Both the position numbers and the translations under genes were made by a program. A stretch of DNA of 63,513 nt, filler included, from Ionaspis alba (Eukaryota): the NCBI GenBank assembly GCA_964255285.1. It is 3 parts of 3 records of this genome, joined end to end, with 100 filler letters (N's around TTAATTAATTAA, not from the genome) between each part and the next. Parts side by side here need not be neighbours in the genome. Positions count along the whole stretch, not along the records: positions 42,483 to 63,513 come from CAXUUL010000231.1; 2 more parts are not named here. One strand, given 5' to 3'. The number at the start of each line of letters is the position of its first letter. Positions within the stretch are counted from its first letter, which is position 1. Below are positions 51,283-63,513 of this stretch, in pieces. Below the pieces are notes generated by a model, which did not search any database, was not told the DNA's origin, and was given only the letters and a program-made list of their open reading frames with translations.

Positions 51283-52308
51283 AGCTCAGGATGGTCACAC
51301 GAATCTCGGATGGTCGTGATGACACTTGATGACTGACCAGTCTCACTGACGTGCGACAAGATAAGATAGAAGATGGAGATGATAGGTGAGGTGTGATCTG
51401 AAGTGCTCAAAAGAGTATCTGGGTTAAGGCAGGTCAGTCTAGGACCTGGATGAGTTGAGTCGTCGTAGGAAAGAAGGAAGAAAGAAGGCAAGTCGTGGTA
51501 GAGGTGGGCGAGAACAGGTGACGAGTGAGGGAGAGGGGTGTTCGCTGCCTACAGATTGCGCTAGCGCGGCCACTATCCCTACAACCTTATGCTGCTATCT
51601 TACGAATCACATGCCGTCCATACCGATTACATACGGTACGTTCGGGACTTACTCGAAGTATCACAGGAGCCGAGATGCTCTCTTTTTGGTTTGATATACC
51701 ACGGAACCATCGAGAGTCTTCTACGTTTGCATTCTTGCATCTCATAGCCAGTGATGCGAGACGGTCATACACAATTATGTGATGAGACATTTTTCGATTC
51801 AGAGAACTATGATGGTGATGACTGCTTGTTGATCGTCTTGGTTATACGATGACGAAACCGAGCTTCAGGCACTACAGATTTCACATGTGGCAGAGAGATA
51901 TCGATATCCACTCGCTGACCTGGTCATTTCATTGCTGCAGAATACGTGCTTGGTAAGCCTGATGATTCCATACTTGTCATGGAATACACGTAATATACAA
52001 TACAACGAAACAAAATGCCCTACTGTCTGAAACAACCATGGAAGACTGGAATGCCCAGATGTCTTTGAAAAGCTTGGTCCCCACAAAGAGACAATATGAC
52101 TCTCGACTAGGTAGCCCGTGCAATACTCTGCGTACGACCTCGACAGTCCAAATTCAAACAAAAATCCACATAATTCCCTCCTTCCCAGAGTACACCATTC
52201 AACCCAAATCCCAAGAACAGCCCGCTCGCACATGCTTCTGAACGGAGAAAAGCTGTGATTTATACAGATTAGAATAAGCGAGAGTAAGGTTTATCTAGTC
52301 CCGTGGCG

Positions 52309-54413
52309 TCACTGAGTGGGATAGTAGAGGGTAGGTGGCGGTATCATATATCCGTTCTGATTTGCATACGCCACGGGAGGATACGAAGTCGTGTTCTCCG
52401 GCGCAGATGTGAGCTGTGACGAATCGTAGTAGTAGACCATCCCATTACTCTCATGTGCCACCATGTTGGCTTGGGTGGTAGTCTCCGGAGCCGCAGGTGG
52501 TGGCGGGGCGGGAACAACGTATGGGTATTGCTGTCCTGGTACAAACGGTGGAGCGGCGACGGCTGAAGGCATGGGAGGGCCAGGCGGCGGATAGAAAAAG
52601 ACTGGAGGAGGGTACTGTTGCGGGTAGAAGTTAGGAGGTTGCTGGTAAGGAAATGGTTGGAAAGGCTGAGCGTGGATGGCACGTTCGGGGATCTGTGACA
52701 GAGGCGTGCCCCCTTGACTCGGATGTGATGGATGACGCGAATGAGGGTATAGGTTTTGATCAGGAGCAAAACCCTGGCCGTTGACCTGGAGCGGAACCTG
52801 CTGATGGAATGGTTGCTGCTGTTGCTGTTGTGGAGGATTGAAGTTGAGTGTGGCTGGAGACTCAATGTCTGCCACGGACACGGTCTTCTGAGGCCTCGGT
52901 TGATGCATAGGTAGCGAGGAAGGTCGATTCTCGCGGGAAAGAGGGTTCTGCGGTAGAGGATATGATTGTGGTAGTGGTAGATTGACGATAGGAGCCGAGG
53001 TGCCTGGATATACTGGTTGCTGAAAGTAGATCTGGCCTTGATCTGCAGCGGGAGGCAGTCGTACGACGGGCTTGCCAGCTTCCATCGCCACGCTCTGGTT
53101 TCGCGACATGGTAGATCCAGCAGGTGACGAGACACCATCCCGTGTGGGGTCCCGAGCCATCGACGACCGTCTGCTCATCGCCACGCTTGGGCTATAGTTG
53201 CTGCCTCCATAGGCACTCGTACGTCTGCTGGGAAAGCCTCCATAAGCGCTAAAGCTGCCTCTTCCTCGACCACGACCAAATCCTTGCTGATTCGGCCGCA
53301 AAGCCCGTGGTATGAAAATGAAAGATCGATCCATGGCAGGGAAAATATAGCGTGGTGGGAAGTTGGGTATAGAAATCCGAACAGGTTTATCGCGACGCAG
53401 TGGCGGCCGATGGTGAGGTAATCGAGTATGTTGGTTGACGGGTACTGCAGGGAAGACTATCGGATCTTTCATGCCGCTGACGTAGACCCGGATCTGAACG
53501 TTGCCAACTTGATTGGAAGTGGAAAAGGATCGGATTGGCGGAGGCGTTCGTAGATGAGAGGTTCCTGATTTGGCTGGTAGTCCTACATGTTGATGAGGTT
53601 TGTTTGTGGGCTGAACGATGCTGCTAGGCTCTGGCTGAACAACTGTTTCGTGGAGATCGTGAGCCCAGGGAGCATCGGCAGGATTCGTGGTCGGCGAGGC
53701 TTGACTTAGGGAACATCAGTCACGAACAAGCTTTAATGATGAAAATAATGAAACACATACGCAGAAGGAGAGAAGGAACCCCCAATGCCACCCCGACCTC
53801 GTCCTCTCCCTCTGCCAGAAGGTCGAAAGCCATTTTGGCCAGGGGCAATAGAGCGATGGTCATGCATGAAGAAGCCGCCACGGTTTGGGACAAACGCTGG
53901 ATCAGCGTCTCGTTTCTTCTTGTATTCCTCGTGCTCCCTCTTCCTTCGATCAATCAAAGATTCCCTCTGCTCAGGTATAGATTGATCTGTTTTCGAGGCA
54001 TCTTTGGATGAAGGCAACTCTCCTTGTTGACCCATTTCATCAAAGTGAATCTCTTCCGCCTCTTCTGTATTTCCTGACATATTCATGCCGTTCATCATGG
54101 CTTCTGTATCAGCCAAAGCCGCACCGAGGGAAGGCTTCTTGGCCGCCGCAGCTGGTCCTTCGACCTTCCCGTTGGCATTTCCGATTTGCTTATCTGTCCC
54201 ATTCCTCCTGCTGGTGTGAGCACGTTTGGGTGTGCCCAGCTCGCTGACCTCACTCCCTTCGGCGTCTGCATCGTCATCTGCATCGCTGATGGCGGAACCT
54301 TCGCTCGATGAATCCTCCTCGAGTCCAGCAGCGATGGAGCCTTCCTCCTCTTCTCCCTCATCATCCACTCGTCTTCGGCTCGTGATGAGATTCTTTCGAC
54401 GCGGAGCACCCAT
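52309..54413 (-). CDS. CASC3/Barentsz (Btz, eIF4AIII-binding) domain protein (1 intron from 53760)
   Basis: DADPAFVPNRGGFFMHDHR and, after splicing, PWAHDLHE; RGG boxes; Pro/Gln-rich C-terminus. Confidence 0.85.
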
Positions 54414-55132
54414 AATGATAAAAGTGGGCGGGGTTGCAGAGGACGGAGTCGAAGTCTGAATGCTCGGATGATGCAAGTCTAAAGTCCGTTCGCTAAGGCA
54501 TCCACCATGAGGCTTGCAATGACGTATATTAGCACTGAAGACGAGATGAAGAACCTTAGAGAAGATGAGAACAATGAAAAAATTATTGAATAACGGATGG
54601 AGTGGATAGAAAGGGTGGTTTCGCAGATACGCGATGGTGATATCTTGACGTCTTCGCCCCGAAGGATGCTGTATCAAAAATTATGCTCTCGCTTGCTCGA
54701 AGCTCGGCCCCCTGTCAAATGCAAATGATGTGGCACCCTCGGCGTTTCTTCTCGAAGCCTTCTCCGGCGCCAGAGCTGGTGCGCTGGTTTGAATATCACT
54801 AATACCCTTGAGGCTCACTCCCATGGTTTACAAGGCGGGTGACGAGCGGATCACAAAATTTAGATCCATGCTTTGGCACTCTGAACCATGAGACGTCAAA
54901 TTCTGGTCCAAGGTATAGATATTATGTTTCGGGACACCCTCTCAGCTTATGATACAAAATCCTGCCACCCATCCCGCGCAATGTGTCATAGAACATCAAG
55001 CCAAGAAGGGGAGAAGTAGCTACAATAAAGTACACCAACAGAGTCAGCACAACGGCTTTCTCTTGCCTGCATTCAACATGCAGGTTGAAACAATCCTTCG
55101 GGTCGAGCAGGTCGAGCACCTCCATCAACTCA

Positions 55133-57258
55133 TTACCGCATTGGCGGCCCTCCAATTCCTCCCCCCATGCCCTGCAACCGGCTTGCAAGCTGCGGGTATT
55201 TCTCCTGCACCTCCAGTTGTGTCCTTGTAGCTTCCGCGTACGACAGAGCATTGACGATCTCTCCCTCTGTCCTGGAGAGTTCAGCCGCTCTTTCAAAGTA
55301 TTTCAGTGCCTCCGTCACTTTTCCTTGTTGCAGCAGAAGCTGAGCCATCGTGGCAACAGCAATGTCGCATTCTGGATCGACTAAGGGAATCGTCAGTAAT
55401 GAAAATAGGGAGGTCTCAATGAGCACAAAACTTACTTATAAGTGCCTTCTGGCACAGTTTCTCCGCCTCCCCGAAGTCTTGCTTCCACTGGAACAGAGCA
55501 AGGGCCTTGTTGATCAAGGGCAAGACATTCATACCAAGCGGCTTTGTCTGCTTTTCCATCTCAACAGCGGTTTCAAATTTCTCGATTGCCTCTTGATACT
55601 TCTGTTGATCCAATAACAACTCACCGTAGTAATTGTACACATCGGGGACCTTGTCGAAGTTCTTGATGCATCTTCGGAACGTGGCCATGGAGGAAGCGAT
55701 CGAGCCCATTTTGTATTGGGTAACGCCGAGCTGTATGTGCGAGAAGATGAAGTCCCGGTCAAGATCGATGGACTTCTGGTAGTCCTTGGCTGCTTCGGCA
55801 AATTCGCCGAGGATGAAGTGAAGTTGAGCGCGATGGTAATAGATGTCAGGATCCTCTTTGTTCTGTTCCATAGCTTGTTCGAAATCTTTGGCGGCTGCCT
55901 CTCGATCACCTAGAGCGTATGAGTAATTTGCGCGTTTACAAGGTGTAAATACTACTGACCCAGTTCCAAGTGCATACTGGCTCGTTTTATGAAGCTCTGG
56001 GTAAGTGAGGGTTGAAGAGTGACGCTTTGCGACAGATCCGCTAGAGCATCGGCATTCTCACCTCGAAGGTATCTGAATGTTCCACGCATGTTGTAGGCAA
56101 ATGCTTCGTGTTCACCCAGATCACCAAGTTCGACGGCCTTATCAAACGCTTTAGCGGCATTCTCGAAACCTTCAGCAGTCCTTGTGCTCATCGCCATCAA
56201 GCCGGCCTTCAATTGTCCCGTGCCAGTGTCCTCCTCCACCTCAGCAGTCCCTTCTAGACCCTCGGGGGGAGGCCTTGGCCTAAAACTCTGAAGGTAATTG
56301 GTGACGAACGTCGGACTTGGTAGTTTCTTCTCTTTGCCTTCGAGAATACTCTTCGCCTTGGATTCTGCAACCTTCTTTAAAAGTCGTTCCACACTTTGGG
56401 CACTCTGCTCGTTCCGGAAGCTGTCTATGATACAGCTGGCTGTGTAATCGAGTAGGGCTTCACTGTATTTCTCCAAATGCTCGTAGGCATTTGCTCTCCG
56501 GTTCAAGGCCTTAACATATTCGCTATCAAGATTGATCGCAGCTGTAGTGTCCTCCACGACCTTATCCCATTCTCCGAGAGCATTGTAGCAGGCAGCACGG
56601 TTCGAGTAGAAAATTGGATCAGGCTTGCACAAGATAGCTTTGCCATAAAGCTCGATTGCGTCGTTATAGCTTTTGTCGCCGTACGCCTTGTTTCCCGCAA
56701 TCTTTAGTTTCGTGGCGTATTCTTTTCGTTCCTGGGTTCTATTAGAGAGATGCGATCCATGTTGGCATAATCAACTACCTGTTCGGACAGAGACCCGACT
56801 GTGGATTCGTCGACTTGTGGTAGGGCTTCGAGAGGCTCCGACTCAACTGTAGGTTGCTTCTCTTTTGCTTCTGACCCCATCCGATTAGCAGTGTCTTCAG
56901 CTGCGGTCTGGATGGCCATACCAGATTCAGTCGGCTGCTCTCTGGCCGTGGTATCTTTTTCTGGTTCTTCTTTCTCCTTCTCTTTCTTCGCCTTCCTTCT
57001 TTCTTTCTTACTGGTTTTTCTCTTTCCATCTGCTGCGCTTGTTGCGGATGCTCTTCTCGAGTCTGTCAAGTAGTATGCCACACCTGCGCCAGTAACAACG
57101 ATTGCAACACCTGTGATTGTATATACTAGGGCTTTGTTCTCCGATGCCCAGGTTGAAAGGCGATCCCAAAATGATGCAGGGGGCGACTGTGAAGGAAGAG
57201 AGGAGATGTCGAGAGCTGGACTGCGCCCAAGTTGGACGGGTACTGGTTGATTGGACAT
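55133..57258 (-). CDS. TOM70: Mitochondrial import receptor Tom70 (5 exons)
   Basis: N-terminal TM anchor [24 protein letters not shown] repeats [44 protein letters not shown]. Confidence 0.94.
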
Positions 57259-57471
57259 AATAAAAGAAGCCCCCAGAGAGCTGGAGTACGAAACAAAAAA
57301 CAAAGAACAAGTACTATATCACACCGTTGAGAAGATGTGGTGAGGCGCGTGCGTAGGGAAGGTCCTACAGCTTGACGAGTACATAAGTTTCTGCTCGTAA
57401 GCTCGACCGGTACGAATTTCAATTACGCGAGTCTAAGCTTCTCTACGTCACGCCTGTGGTTCATGGGAACT

Positions 57472-57571
57472 NNNNNNNNNNNNNNNNNNNNNNNNNNNNN
57501 NNNNNNNNNNNNNNNNNNNNNNNNNNNNNNNNNNNNNNNNNNNNNNNNNNNNNNNNNNNNNNNNNNNNNNN
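57472..57571. other. 100-N assembly gap; the true gap is larger
   Basis: The downstream gene resumes mid-domain, so its N-terminal part is hidden in the gap. Confidence 0.85.
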
Positions 57572-57907
57572 CGTCTACCATATGATGCTGCTCGGGCTCA
57601 TATATTGAAACCAGGTTTGAGCACAGAAGTCTTACTTCAGAATCCGGCTGGGGAGATCACGGAAGGAACACTTACGACACCTTACTTCTGGCGAGAGGGA
57701 CATTGGGTTACTCCAGCTACCAGTTGTGGAGGTAACAGAGGAACGACAAGAAGATGGGCAATGGAACGAGGGCTCTGTATAGAGGGGATTGTAATGGCAG
57801 ATGATCTAGCGGCGAATGAGGTCGTTTGGCTGAGCAACGGCGTTAGAGGTTTTGGGTGGGGAAGGCTTGCCCCGCCCATGTTCGACGGAACGCCTCCGCA
57901 GACTTGA
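57572..57907 (+). CDS. ABZ2: C-terminal fragment of a class IV aminotransferase-fold protein, probable aminodeoxychorismate lyase
   Basis: EVLLQNPAGEITEGTLTTPYFWR, GGNRGTTRRWA, VWLSNGVRGF. Confidence 0.75.
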   Translation, partial: RLPYDAARAHILKPGLSTEVLLQNPAGEITEGTLTTPYFWREGHWVTPATSCGGNRGTTRRWAMERGLCIEGIVMADDLAANEVVWLSNGVRGFGWGRLAPPMFDGTPPQT

Positions 57908-58010
57908 TTGCAAGCATGAAGAGTAATACTCTCAACAGTCCAGTCAAATGGTTTGCGTCTATCGTCTATAAATCATATGGCGCATCAAGCAATTGCAACA
58001 CGTCAGATAT

Positions 58011-59498
58011 TCATTCGCCCGCCTTCAACTTCCTCAGCCTCTCCTCCAGCTCCGCAATCTTCCTCTCCCGCCCCTCCTTTTTCAGACTCTCAAAGGGACT
58101 ACCCACGAACTCCAAATTCCTTGCGCTCAAAAACTCATCTCTCACATCCTCCGTGACCGCTTTCCGCCTCTCTTGGAAAGCGGCAACGTACTTCTGCAGC
58201 TCCCCCGCACAGATCTTCTTCATCTCACCGCTTTCCATTTCTCCTTTCTCATACGCAACCCGGATCCGCTCCAGTTCATCATCATCCTCAAGGAAGAACC
58301 TCAAATATTGGAAAGGAATATCGACCTCTGTTCTCCCGCCTAGCTGACGATGCAGTTCTCGACTGTCCTGACCGCCACTGAATGCATTCCCGATCTTCTT
58401 CTGGATCTGCTTGTCAGTGTCCGCAAGGAAGACGCTGGAGTCGGCATCTGAGGCGGACATTTTCGTCTCGGACCCTTTTAGTGAGGGGAGGAAGACGGCA
58501 TGAATGAGAGCCGGTTTGAGGTAGCCGAGCTGGCGGGCGTTATCGCGGCATTGTCGGAAATAGGGATCTTGGTCGATGGCGCAGGGGATGAGACAAGGGA
58601 TTTTGGCAACGCGCTTTTTGTCGGTGCCGAAGATGAACGGGAAGGAGGTTGCGAAGGCGGGGGCGGATTGCGTGGCTGGAAAGGCGAATTCGGCGATGTT
58701 GTTGCTATGTTGAGGTCAGTGTCATGTGTTCCGCTCCGAGAAGGAAGAAACTGTAGAGTCAAATTACCTGTCATTGAATCCAAAGGTCCCCTTAATTTGG
58801 TTGATTGTGGTTCGCTTTCCTAGAAGACGTACATTCTTGTTGAAAGCGGCCCCTGCTCCACCGTCTATGAAGTCAGTGTCGATGAAGATGAATGTCTTTT
58901 TGATATCGAAGCCAATAGCCACAATATCCATCGCATTCTGAATTGCAAATCTGTGGCAATCTTCCAAGGACAGTTTAGGGCTGTGGAAGAACTTTTCATC
59001 GTCTGTTAACATTATTACCAGAGGGACATTGAAGGCATCTTGTAGGTACCTGGCATCTATAAGCGCCGTATGTGGAACTTGTAGAGACAAGACTGCTTAC
59101 TTCGTAAACTCGAAGGGTATAGTATGGCCGACGTGCATACTATCACTGCTGGGACCTCTACCCGTGTATAAAAAGAAAGGTATGCCTTTCTCGTACTTCT
59201 CCAGAATCAGGTCAAGGTCTCGGTGACTGAAGACCATTCCTCGTCGAAGTAATCTGTGAGGTTTTCGGCCCGTGGCTTTCTCTAGTCGGTCCAGCAACTG
59301 CTGGTCAATTTTCTTGGAGCCGAAAGTCTCGATGAGCTTGTTGTAGTCGATGGCCACAGCCTTTCCCGTCTCGTCTACTCCTCCTGAAACATCGAAAGGA
59401 GTGATGATTTGTTCTTTGGCTGCTGATTGTGCCAATGCGGGAGCTGTGATGGCTGGTGGCTGGCCTGGCTCATCTGGAACCGCTGTTACGTCTGCCAT
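58011..59498 (-). CDS. WRS1: Cytosolic tryptophanyl-tRNA synthetase (3 exons)
   Basis: LYTGRGPSSDSMHVGH (HIGH-like), LTDDEKF, CLIPCAIDQDPYFR, TKMSAS (KMSKS-like), AFSGG. Confidence 0.95.
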
Positions 59499-59838
59499 AA
59501 CCAGCAGAATATTCCTGAATTTCGGGACAAGAGGCTCCCAGATCAATCGGAGTCGCGAGGAAAGTCTCGTGGCTCTACTGGCGTCAAACGTCGCTAGACA
59601 AATCTCTTCTGTACTCTTTTCCTATAGCCAAGAAACACGAACAAAGCAACTCTAGATGAACAGAATAACGTGGGTTCTCTCTGTTGCAAAAAGATGTGAA
59701 GAGACAGCACCTATTTGTAAGGGAACAGTAGTTCTTGGCAGCAATTCTATGCAAAACTCAATTGACTCTTGAAGACCTTTGCATTAAACAGAGTCTATCT
59801 GTAAGCCTTGAGAAAAGAGAAAGACGGACAATAATATT

Positions 59839-59845
59839 TGAGTCA
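59839..59845. promoter_or_regulatory. Perfect Gcn4/CpcA (cross-pathway control) site TGAGTCA; a second TGACTC at 59763-59768
   Basis: Lies about 340 nt upstream of the TrpRS ATG in the WRS1/UPS1 divergent promoter. Confidence 0.45.
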
Positions 59846-60057
59846 TCCCAGGTACAAACATGACAATGCAACCTCCAAGGGACAAGGATCATTACCCGAA
59901 AAGTCCGCACGTGCCCTCTAACCCGATCGATCAACTCATATCTAAATCGTCATGACGCCGAATCCTTTCGATCTCCGCATTTCCCCATTCTCCCATCTCA
60001 CCATTACAGTTCCACGCAATCACTATATCTAAGTATCACCAAACTTCACTTCCCAAG

Positions 60058-60861
60058 ATGGTGAAATTCTACACCTCATCCCATACCTACGACTATCCCC
60101 TTCCCGCAGTCTCCCTCGCCTACTTCCTCCGCTACCCAAACCCCTACTCCACACACGTCCTCTCCACCGACGTAATCTCGCGCCACTTTGACCCTACCAC
60201 CCAGCGCCTTCACACAACTCGCCTCCACCTCAAGCGTTCGAAACTTCCCGTCGCGATCCTCAAACTCCTTCCCAAAGGCATATTAGGCGGAGCCAAAAAC
60301 ACCGAGAGCGGGCAGAGCTCTGCCTACATTCTAGAAAACAGTACAGTCGACATCAAAGAAGGATGGATGGAGACCGAGAGCAGGAATCTGGAATGGACCG
60401 GTGTACTAAGCGTGGTCGAGCGCGCACGATATACCCGGCCGTCTGCTCCAGTTCCACTCACAGCCACCACAGACGAGGAAGGGAAACCTGTCGCTAGAGC
60501 AAAAGACGAAAAGACCGATGTCAGCACGACCGTAACGTTCCACTCGCGCTTCGGGCAGGCCAAACTCCTTGGCCGGCGGCGGGGTGATGCTGCGAGTGAA
60601 AGCGAGGATGGCGAGAAGAAAGGGTTTTTTTCGAGCTGGTCGACGGCTGCTGTACAGAGGACAATTGAGGCGACGGGGCTGCAGAGAACAAGGAATGCGC
60701 TGGTCAAGAGTAAGGATGGGATGAATGTTGTGTTGGAGAGATTGAGGTTAGGTGGGTTGAGGGGGGTGTTGGACGGAATGAGAAGAGATCAGGAGATGGT
60801 GACAGGGACGTGGGGGAGGGTTTGGAAGCAGGGAGAAGAGGGTCGGAAGGAGGATGAGTAG
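60058..60861 (+). CDS. UPS1: PRELI/MSF1-family mitochondrial lipid transfer protein
   Basis: MVKFYTSSHTYDY...AYFLRYPNPYSTHVLSTDVISR; ETESRNLEWTGVLSVVE. Confidence 0.9.
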   Translation: MVKFYTSSHTYDYPLPAVSLAYFLRYPNPYSTHVLSTDVISRHFDPTTQRLHTTRLHLKRSKLPVAILKLLPKGILGGAKNTESGQSSAYILENSTVDIKEGWMETESRNLEWTGVLSVVERARYTRPSAPVPLTATTDEEGKPVARAKDEKTDVSTTVTFHSRFGQAKLLGRRRGDAASESEDGEKKGFFSSWSTAAVQRTIEATGLQRTRNALVKSKDGMNVVLERLRLGGLRGVLDGMRRDQEMVTGTWGRVWKQGEEGRKEDE

Positions 60862-61361
60862 GCAAAGGTGAAGATACAGAGAAATGAATTGCTTTGCATA
60901 GCGTCTTGCTATCATGTATACAATATAGCGTGGCGTTGGGGTCAGGCTTCGGGGTGGGGTTCTTTGGCTCTACGGGCTTTTTTTTTTGCTGGGGGTGGAT
61001 TGGACGTGGGGCATTGTAGGATTAGGTAACCTCCGAAGAACTCGGCGGTTAATAAATCAACGTCTGGAATCATACTAGATATACTGATGTGTGGAGCATG
61101 AGAGCAAATCATTGATAGCAAGCTAAGTAGCCTGAACCCGAGACTCTATGTAAAGGGTATCAGACATAAGATGTTAGTATTTGCAGGAATGGAAGCAAGT
61201 CTACTAAACACCGTCAGACATCCACGCCGTGATGGTCGCCATGCCCCCTCTATCAACAGCCGTTGTGTAGCAAACTTTTTCCAAGCATGTGCAAGCCATC
61301 CCCAGTCCTCTAGCAACGCCAAATACTCCTCATATCAAGTAATGCCAAGCATTTCCGATTC

Positions 61362-62143
61362 CTATCCATAGAACCAATATTGCGCCGCATATTGCACCTC
61401 AATATGTGAAGCTTGACCGTCGCAGCTCGCTGGTGCTTTCCCGCCGGCTGTGTACACTCGGTACCCTTCAGAAAGTCCCGAACTGCCATCTTTGGAGTCC
61501 AAGGACAACCAATCCACCGCTCCATTACCGACATTATTTTGGCCAACAGGTGATCCTGGTGGCGCCAAAATGTCTCCAGCTTTCGAAGCAACTAACAGAC
61601 CGCTTCCTGACTTCAGAAGATCGAAGATGGGAACCCCGGCATCGCTAAAAAAGTGCTGCCCTGCAACCACGAGACTAGAGGTTTCGAGAGTCGAGGAGGG
61701 AAGCATAAGGAGATAGCTAGGAAGAAGATTGAGGATTTTTTGGCCTTGGTCGGGTGGTAGATATGGTAGTAATGGAGAGGCATCGAAAAGCGTGGCTACA
61801 GCTCCCACCAGCACAGGTTTTGTGGAAGAGGACGAATCTGCGCAGGTGTAATTTTGAGTGCCGCGCCCGATAGTAATAGCTTTCAGGCTGAGTGTTGATG
61901 GAGGAGCGGGAAGACTTGCGGTGCCTGGCGAAGTGTTAATAAGATGTCGAAGTGTTGAATATCTCCGCGCAGCAAGAGTAGAAGCATACCATTTGATAGA
62001 GGAACCGTGTAACCCTGAAGGACTCGAGTGGATAGGACTGGACGTTTCCTCTCCTGCCTATGTGGTAAAGCCTCGCTTTGACCGAACAGCATCGAGCAAA
62101 TAGAAAGGATAGCTATTGAGGACGAAAGGATTGAACGAAACAT
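61362..62143 (-). CDS. Secreted DUF3455-family protein (2 exons)
   Basis: Signal peptide MFRSILSSSIAILSICSMLFGQSEA; after splicing IGRGTQNYTC, GAVATLFD, GQHFF, AVDWL, YRVYTAGG, YAAQYWFYG. Confidence 0.85.
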
Positions 62144-63513
62144 CGTTTATGGCCGGCCGTACGCTCTCTCAAGGAATGAATGTAGTTGGTGAAAAGAATG
62201 TGCCACAGCAAGAGCACAAGAGGTGGGAGTGTTGAAGCTGATGGTGCAATTGAGGCAAGCAATGGCGATAGCAAAGGCAATGCAGCGGTTGTCCTGCGCA
62301 GATGGTAGACCTCGAGGCGGTTATGTTCCCGAAATAGGAAAGCAGGCGCTTGATGAAGAGTAGACGAGGACCTGACGAATGTACCTCCCAGTGGGCATCT
62401 CAAACATAATATAGCCACTGTCCAGGACCATCTTTCCCCCACTCGGCATGTTGGCATCGCATCTGATTTTCATTCGAGTGGCATCTGTCAAGGCTCCACA
62501 CGGTGGTACTGCAGGCTAGTTTTGCATACATACCTGCAGCTTGCGTGGGCCGCCTGCCTCAATTAGCCAGCCATTTTGTGCTGTGTCTGCCTCGATTTAA
62601 GGCAGACTTGACTACAAACGGGTCAATTGCACAGAGATATGCTGGTCAACCTTCTCGAATAGGCTTGAATTCATGAACATGTAATGATTTGGGAGTCCCA
62701 GCTGGAACTTGGGAAACTATGGATAGCTCCAAACTCAAAGCCGGAAATAACTGGTCAGTGCAGTCGGCAAACACATGCTTAAACTGCATGCAAGGTAATG
62801 GAGCGGTCCTTCCCAACAAGCGTGCCGGTCGATAGTCTCGATGTGGCGCCCAGAAGTCTTCGGATTTGTTTCTTGAAACAATAGATCAGACGTCGTGGGG
62901 GAAATTGTCATGTCCCGTTGCGGCTGAGGAACCAGGGGGAACAAAGGACGGCCGAGACGGAGGTCTCTTCAACTGTGCCTCCCTCCAACGTCGGCGATGC
63001 GACTGCGACCAGATGGGAGTTGAAGAAACAAATTTTTCGTATTACCCCGGATGCAAAGCGGGAGGATCTCTTGAATCTACGGGTGGCTGGAAGGTGGACT
63101 CGCCACCACACCCAACCATCCACATAATGTCTTCGCAATACATGCTGCGAGGTTGAAGCGGCGAATTGCATGAGTCCCGTACATTGAATGCACGCTAGAG
63201 GCACAGAAATAGTAGCAAATATGCCCGCTTACAGATTGAGCGTGCCTCAAATTGCTGTTTGACTATGCCATTTCAGGATGAGGACTGGATAGAATCGCCG
63301 CTAACTATGCCGGCAGCATGCACACTCGGCTGGCCAGTTTACGGTTTCAATAGACCCGGCGGTTACACGTACTCCTGTCCAGCGCCATTGCACCGCAGAG
63401 TACATTAGTATAGTTGCTTCCACTTTTACTCTCAAACAAGTGATCATCTGGTACGGTTCCATTTGAGTGTCAACGAGGCACTTCTGCGTCGTTTCACATT
63501 ACAAAAACTTCAA

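Noticed and set aside
40647..57907. Two folate-pathway genes (FOL2, ABZ2) in one window
   Set aside because: They lie on different scaffolds separated by an artificial spacer, so no clustering can be inferred.
62200..63513. Short ORFs at the window end
   Set aside because: No protein-like motifs; treated as intergenic/promoter DNA.

Overview
Eukaryotic, intron-rich DNA from a filamentous ascomycete (Pezizomycotina; GT-AG introns with CTRAC branch points). The window is not one locus. Two 100-nt N44-TTAATTAATTAA-N44 spacers (21187-21286, 42383-42482) join three pieces of about 21 kb each. Piece 1 holds housekeeping genes: CWC27, HSF1, H2A.Z, PIN4-like, RFC3, ARC18, TRM6, a MINDY deubiquitinase and a truncated Q-rich gene. 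Piece 2 opens with an apparently intact candidate secondary-metabolite cluster: cytochrome P450, GMC oxidoreductase, PTH11/SAT4-like membrane protein, UbiA-type (Fma-TC-like) terpene cyclase and a LaeA-like methyltransferase. It continues with CTK1, an F-box-like gene and GTP cyclohydrolase I. Piece 3 holds a divergent gamma-glutamyltransferase/Zn2Cys6 pair, NBR1, a Barentsz-domain gene, TOM70, an ABZ2 fragment, TrpRS, UPS1 and a DUF3455 gene. The best novelty candidate is the UbiA-cyclase cluster. Gene calls rest on recognised protein motifs and hand-spliced GT-AG junctions; no database searches were run. No tRNA, rRNA, transposon or CRISPR array was recognised.
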